Part shown: positions 59,476 through 64,000 of the stretch, piece after piece | Layout: each line of letters begins with the position of its first letter | How positions within the stretch are numbered: position 1 is the stretch's first letter | DNA from: an uncultured virus (IMG/VR IMGVR_UViG_3300032456_000001) | Lineage: Duplodnaviria > Heunggongvirae > Uroviricota > Caudoviricetes | Strand: one strand, 5' to 3' | DNA length: 64,000 nucleotides | IMG/VR virus record: IMGVR_UViG_3300032456_000001 | The notes under the pieces: generated by a model | Seen by the model: the letters and a program-made list of their open reading frames with translations, nothing else | Told to the model about the DNA's origin: nothing | Databases searched by the model: none | Translations under genes and position numbers: made by a program

Positions 59476-61283
59476 TGAAAAAGAACCTCAAAGCAGTAGC
59501 AATGTTTTCTGGCTGTGTGACGGCTGCTTACGCGCTGATGATACTCGGTGCAATGGTTCCCAAACAAACCCGCTATCAATTAACCAGTACCGAGCAAATC
59601 GTCACAGAGCACGAATACAAAGTGCTCAAGAAGCCCGCCATCAAAGTTGCGTCAAACTACACAATTCTAGCCATTCTGTTGTTAATGGGTTCGGTTCCTC
59701 TGTCGGTGATGGCATTCCTGATAGTCTCTAATCGACTCCCAGAAGTCGAGCTAGAGGCAGAAGAATACCAGAAAGCAACGCGCGTTCGCAAGATTCGCAC
59801 TGAGTCCGAACTTCAGACAGAGCGGGAGTTGTGCGAGGCAAACAAAACAACAACTGTTACAGCACACCAGAAAGACCTTGAAAGCGCGTTTATTGAACTT
59901 GCAGAAGTTAGCAATTGGTACGCTAGTGAGCCGGAAACACGCCAGCAACAGCAATTACCCGCCGTTAACACTCAATCAGTCAATCAACAAGCTTCCTTGC
60001 CGTCAGCAAGCGAAAACGAGGCTGAAAAAAAAAGTATCTTGACTGACGGTATTGTTGACACGTTTGGGGTGACTGAAATTGCTAGCCAACCAGTGCTTGA
60101 ACCGGGTTTGTTACATCCGTCCGAAACTAAAGCGAAAGCTATTCTTAATCAGCTAGCGCTTTCAAGGAAATCCCTGCTATTGATTGCAGGTACAGGTGGC
60201 GGTAAAAGCGTTACTCAAGCGGCTTTGATTTCAATACTCAAAGAGAAACAGCCGTCCGCAGAGTTCTGGGTAGTTAGTCAGAAAAATGATAGTTTCTGTG
60301 GGTTGAAAGAGAAGGGAAGAGTCACAATCTTTGACATCAACCAAGTCAAAAAAACACTCGATACTATTCACCATGTATGGAGTATCTATGACAAGCGCAG
60401 ACACTTAGACGAGGAAAAGAGGAAGAATCTATCACCTGTTCGTCTACTACTGGCTGACTGGTTCAGCATCAGCTTAGCGTTAGAGAAGTTAACCGCTCAT
60501 CCCGACGTTAAAGACTCTAACTACTTGGTTGAATTAGTAGATATTGTTCTCAACGGGCGTGACTTCAATGTTTGCTTGTGGGCAGATTTACAAAGTTTCA
60601 ATCTAAAAGCAATTGGCATGAAAGCTGACAACAACTCGCGTCAAAACTTCAACCTAATTGGGCTAGGAAATTACTATACAACCGATGAAGGAGTGAATGA
60701 TTCTTATGGTGTTTTGTCCTACATGATTCAAAGTCAGCACATCATCAGCGACAAAGATATTCGAGTTAGATTAAATGCCGAGTTTGAGAAGCTTAGACCA
60801 ATCTCACAACACAGCGAACGTCCTATTATTTTCTCGACATTGGAACCAGCGAGTGTTTGCCTTCAAGCTGATGTCAGGTACTATCAACAGCAACATCAAA
60901 ATACTGCTGTAATTGAATTAGAACAACCTAAAGGAATGGAATTGATTGAGCCGCAAACTGAAATCAAGACAGACAAAGAGAGTGAGGTTGAGAGGCTGGA
61001 ACGGATTTTCGGTCTTAAGCCGGAGTTAGGCGAATCTGAAATGGTTTCAGATACCGCTCAAGGCATGAAACAACCATCTGACAATGGTTTCACCGATTCT
61101 GGTATTGCTTATTTCACGCCATTGAAACTCGGCAGAAATCAAGTAATTGAGCTAATTCAAAAACTGAAACATGAAACGAAACACAACCAAACCGAAATTA
61201 TCTGGATATTGTGGAATGCACGACCAGGTAAGACGAAAGCTTATGAATCAGCACTTGCAGAATACAAGGAGTTGACAGGATGA
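59475..61283 (+). CDS. Membrane-anchored P-loop ATPase (FtsK/HerA/coupling-protein-like)
   Basis: Two N-terminal TMs, Walker A AGTGGGKS, divergent Walker B LLLADW, GRDFNV...DLQS motif. Confidence 0.7.
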   Translation: MKKNLKAVAMFSGCVTAAYALMILGAMVPKQTRYQLTSTEQIVTEHEYKVLKKPAIKVASNYTILAILLLMGSVPLSVMAFLIVSNRLPEVELEAEEYQKATRVRKIRTESELQTERELCEANKTTTVTAHQKDLESAFIELAEVSNWYASEPETRQQQQLPAVNTQSVNQQASLPSASENEAEKKSILTDGIVDTFGVTEIASQPVLEPGLLHPSETKAKAILNQLALSRKSLLLIAGTGGGKSVTQAALISILKEKQPSAEFWVVSQKNDSFCGLKEKGRVTIFDINQVKKTLDTIHHVWSIYDKRRHLDEEKRKNLSPVRLLLADWFSISLALEKLTAHPDVKDSNYLVELVDIVLNGRDFNVCLWADLQSFNLKAIGMKADNNSRQNFNLIGLGNYYTTDEGVNDSYGVLSYMIQSQHIISDKDIRVRLNAEFEKLRPISQHSERPIIFSTLEPASVCLQADVRYYQQQHQNTAVIELEQPKGMELIEPQTEIKTDKESEVERLERIFGLKPELGESEMVSDTAQGMKQPSDNGFTDSGIAYFTPLKLGRNQVIELIQKLKHETKHNQTEIIWILWNARPGKTKAYESALAEYKELTG

Positions 61284-61711
61284 AGAAGCTTAGCAATCGC
61301 TATATCAATGGTGTTCGCAATGATTATGTGCCAGGCAGTGTCTACATCTTTAAAGACACAAAAGGCTTCTACAAAATCGGATTAACTGGTCGCGAAATTC
61401 ACCTACGAAAACGCGAATTAGAGGAAGATTGGGGCAAGCTAGAGTTGGTAGAGTTGGTACATACCTCAAGCATGAGAGCGTTAGAAGATAAGATGCACAA
61501 TCATTTCCGCAGGTTTAATGTTTACATGGGTCGGAAGTCAGGGGGTACAGAATTCTTTCGACTACCCTATTTCGAGCAATGGAAAGCTCGATATCTACTT
61601 CATTGTTGGAGTGAAAGTAATAAGCCTTTGTGGTTTTATTTTTACTTTGTTGGCAGTTGGATTAAATACGCTTTCACACAGCTATGGAAAATTGCAAGGA
61701 AAAAGAAATAA
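61280..61711 (+). CDS. GIY-YIG (T5orf172/MUG113-like) protein
   Basis: GSVYIF..YKIGLT, LEDKMHNHF, TEFF. Confidence 0.8.
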   Translation: MKKLSNRYINGVRNDYVPGSVYIFKDTKGFYKIGLTGREIHLRKRELEEDWGKLELVELVHTSSMRALEDKMHNHFRRFNVYMGRKSGGTEFFRLPYFEQWKARYLLHCWSESNKPLWFYFYFVGSWIKYAFTQLWKIARKKK

Positions 61712-61857
61712 ACTTCTTGCACACCACCTCGGAGTCGGAGTGTGCAGGTCTGCCGGATATCGGCAACAGTTAATTAACACAACTAACAAATGTTAAACAA
61801 GCTTGTCAAGTTACTTCCAAGTAAGCCTCTCAACGCCAAACCGACAGGAGTAAATCA

Positions 61858-62292
61858 ATGAGCAACATCATCTCAGTAGCAATCAATAAACTCTTGGGCG
61901 GATTAGGCGAAATACGTCTCTACACCCAAGAAGAGACAAACGAACTCGCGGGTGAAACAAAGAGACTACAGGAAGCCGTCAGCCCAACAGTGCAGAACTT
62001 GAGACTACAAGGTCAGGCGCTTCGAGCTAAAGCAGACATTACCATTGCCCAACTTCAAGGGGTGTCAGAGAAAGCTAGGGCAACAACTGATGTAGCCGTA
62101 GCAGTGGCAGACACCATAGAAGTTGTCGTTACCGAGTCGCAGAGGTACTACGAAGCCGAGCAGCGAGTCAAATCTGTTGCAGCACAAGTTCTCCCTGATT
62201 ATGCAGCTTTACTCTCTGGGGACAGCCCATTTAGCCGTCCCGAACAAATTGAGCAATCTCGCAATTTTCCACAACTACCTTACAGGAAATAA
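61858..62292 (+). CDS. Hypothetical helical protein
   Basis: AGGAG RBS, 144 aa. Confidence 0.55.
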   Translation: MSNIISVAINKLLGGLGEIRLYTQEETNELAGETKRLQEAVSPTVQNLRLQGQALRAKADITIAQLQGVSEKARATTDVAVAVADTIEVVVTESQRYYEAEQRVKSVAAQVLPDYAALLSGDSPFSRPEQIEQSRNFPQLPYRK

Positions 62293-62293
62293 A

Positions 62294-62548
62294 ATGTTTC
62301 CACTCGCATTAGGATTAACTGTTTTAGTTTCGACCAACTTTCTAATTTACGCAATCAAATCTCAGTTACTAGCCGCCAATATAGGGATTATCATTCTAGG
62401 GTTAGTTATCTGTTCAAATCTTTTAGCAACTCTTATGCCTACGCTGTTCTCGGAACTATGGAGCTTCCCGGTCAATAAAGTTATCGCCTACTCTATCGGG
62501 TTTTGGTTTTGCATCACTTGTGGACTTATCGTAGGGGTTGCAACCTAA
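62294..62548 (+). CDS. Small membrane protein
   Basis: ATG right after the previous stop; three hydrophobic segments. Confidence 0.5.
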   Translation: MFPLALGLTVLVSTNFLIYAIKSQLLAANIGIIILGLVICSNLLATLMPTLFSELWSFPVNKVIAYSIGFWFCITCGLIVGVAT

Positions 62549-62913
62549 TGTCGAAAACGACTGAGCATTTCTTTGGAAATCTTTTTAACGAGAAAGATTT
62601 CAACGCTCTAACCACCAAAACAACCGTAGCAATATCCATATCTGGTGGTGCGTGGTTAGGAAGTCTATTCTTTGGTGGCAAACCATCAAACCTTAAAACG
62701 GCAAGTCTGTTGCTTGCTATTGCCATAGGAGTTTTGGCAAGCTCGTTAGCGCTCAAAAGACAGAAGTTAGTACGGAAAAAAGCCGTAATGATGCAGGTGG
62801 AAAACAACGACTTCCTGCAAAAGACAGGTGTTCTCACTGGGTTAAACGCAGAGCTAACAACAAAGCACCTAGAAGAGTGCTTGAAGCAAGATGTCAAGCC
62901 AAATTCTAAATAG
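62548..62913 (+). CDS. Membrane protein
   Basis: TAATG coupling; two hydrophobic segments. Confidence 0.5.
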   Translation: MSKTTEHFFGNLFNEKDFNALTTKTTVAISISGGAWLGSLFFGGKPSNLKTASLLLAIAIGVLASSLALKRQKLVRKKAVMMQVENNDFLQKTGVLTGLNAELTTKHLEECLKQDVKPNSK

Positions 62914-62924
62914 CAGGAGAGCGA

Positions 62925-63443
62925 ATGGATTTATTTCAAAGGATTGTCGATGTCTGGGCACCGCCAGTTAAACAAGGTAATACCACTGAATCAGTACCTA
63001 CTGAAACCGCTAGCAGACAAAGGATAGACTCAGGTTCGAGCCTTGAAAATCAAATATTGATTGAGGTCAATAAGTACAGAGAGAGTCGAAACCTCAATCC
63101 CTTGACAATGGATGCAAGACTTAGCGAGATTGCTACCAACCACAGTAGGTGGATGGATAAAAGCAGTCGCTTAACTCACGATGGCTGGAATGAGGCAAGG
63201 GGCCCGCAAGTTATGAAATCTTTTGCGAGAGCCGGAGAAAACTTGGCGGGTGGAGAGTGTTACGATTTTCAATTTTCCGAGCAACGCACATTGATTGTCC
63301 CTGGCTGGATAAACAGTTCAGGACATCACACAGTAATGATTCAACCTTATTTCACGCATACCGGAATTGGTATTTCCATCTCACGACTCCAGGGTGATGA
63401 TGGAAGAATCAATTATTTTGCAACTCAAATATTTGGAGCGTAA
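62925..63443 (+). CDS. CAP (SCP) domain protein
   Basis: VNKYRESRNLNPL, HSRWM, GENLA, WINSSGHH, TGIGI, TQIF. Confidence 0.9.
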   Translation: MDLFQRIVDVWAPPVKQGNTTESVPTETASRQRIDSGSSLENQILIEVNKYRESRNLNPLTMDARLSEIATNHSRWMDKSSRLTHDGWNEARGPQVMKSFARAGENLAGGECYDFQFSEQRTLIVPGWINSSGHHTVMIQPYFTHTGIGISISRLQGDDGRINYFATQIFGA

Positions 63444-63448
63444 AAGCA

Positions 63449-64000
63449 ATGTTCAATAAAAAAAATCTTGAGAAATCAGAAATCTCAAGAGACGAAATCG
63501 AGAAAATGTTAAAAATTGTCCACTCCGGCGACGTACATCGAGAACGAGGGGGACTTTTCAAAACAGACGGCACGGTAACAGAAGAACCTAATACGGGTGG
63601 CAGGTTCTGTCGAAGTATGCTCATTTTGGACACCGACTCGTTTGACTGGGATAAAGTTAAAGCACTTTGGATTAGCAACGAAATTGAACCGGAAGAGGGG
63701 TATTTCGATGAATGTTGTAGCCGTTGTGTAACAGCACGAGAAGCTAAAGTGAAAGCCCCTAGACTGGATTTTGTCACTCCAGCTCAAGGAAATTGGGCGG
63801 ATGCCTTTAAGATTCCGCTGGCGGTGTACCAAGCTGAAAGTCCGACAATACTTGGAAGTTTCGACTACTATGACCCAACCGGGGAAACGTTGGGAGTTAA
63901 TTTCTACCCTTGGTCAGAACAGGCAGGAATTGCGCGAAAAGACCCTAAGCTATTAACGGCAACTGCTTTAAAAGCCGTAGAGTTTATCAAAGCAAGGGAG
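63449..64000 (+). CDS. Hypothetical protein, 3' truncated by window
   Basis: Frame open from ATG 63449 (MFNKKNLEKS...) to the window end. Confidence 0.6.
   Translation, partial: MFNKKNLEKSEISRDEIEKMLKIVHSGDVHRERGGLFKTDGTVTEEPNTGGRFCRSMLILDTDSFDWDKVKALWISNEIEPEEGYFDECCSRCVTAREAKVKAPRLDFVTPAQGNWADAFKIPLAVYQAESPTILGSFDYYDPTGETLGVNFYPWSEQAGIARKDPKLLTATALKAVEFIKARE

Noticed and set aside
1..64000. tRNA, rRNA or integrase genes
   Set aside because: None recognised by eye; tRNAscan was not run

Overview
This window is part of a temperate cyanobacterial tailed phage or phage-plasmid. The host inference (probably a filamentous cyanobacterium) rests on the CyRepA1-type replicase, the ...GGGATTGAAAC CRISPR repeat and leader, and the IS605 end style. 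Layout: end of a tail-fibre gene (1-723); leftward cluster of small early/accessory genes with a recurring promoter (1.3-18 kb), containing a ParB-like + C5 methyltransferase pair; decayed radical-SAM/glycosyltransferase module (18.6-19.8 kb); terminase, sigma factor, portal/head, capsid, tail and lysis genes (19.9-34.8 kb); tnpB-only IS (35-36.3 kb); 7-deazaguanine cluster (ParB-like, queE, queD, folE, queC, TGT/DpdA-like; 39.8-43.9 kb); primase-helicase replicase (50-53.4 kb); membrane protein + P-loop ATPase operon (57-63 kb). The most notable locus is 43.9-47.0 kb: an enlarged 611-aa TnpB-like RuvC protein with intact catalytic motifs, between a divergent ~190-nt putative ncRNA ending in the repeat 3' end (GGATTGAAAC) and a 12-repeat CRISPR array with its own leader and promoter, with no other cas genes. 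It is a candidate phage-borne TnpB-to-Cas12 intermediate. Two further candidates: a ~100-nt sRNA complementary to a motif in the 5' leaders of many early genes, and four tandem N-terminal cassettes on the deazaguanine-insertase gene. All calls come from motif reading by eye; no searches were run.
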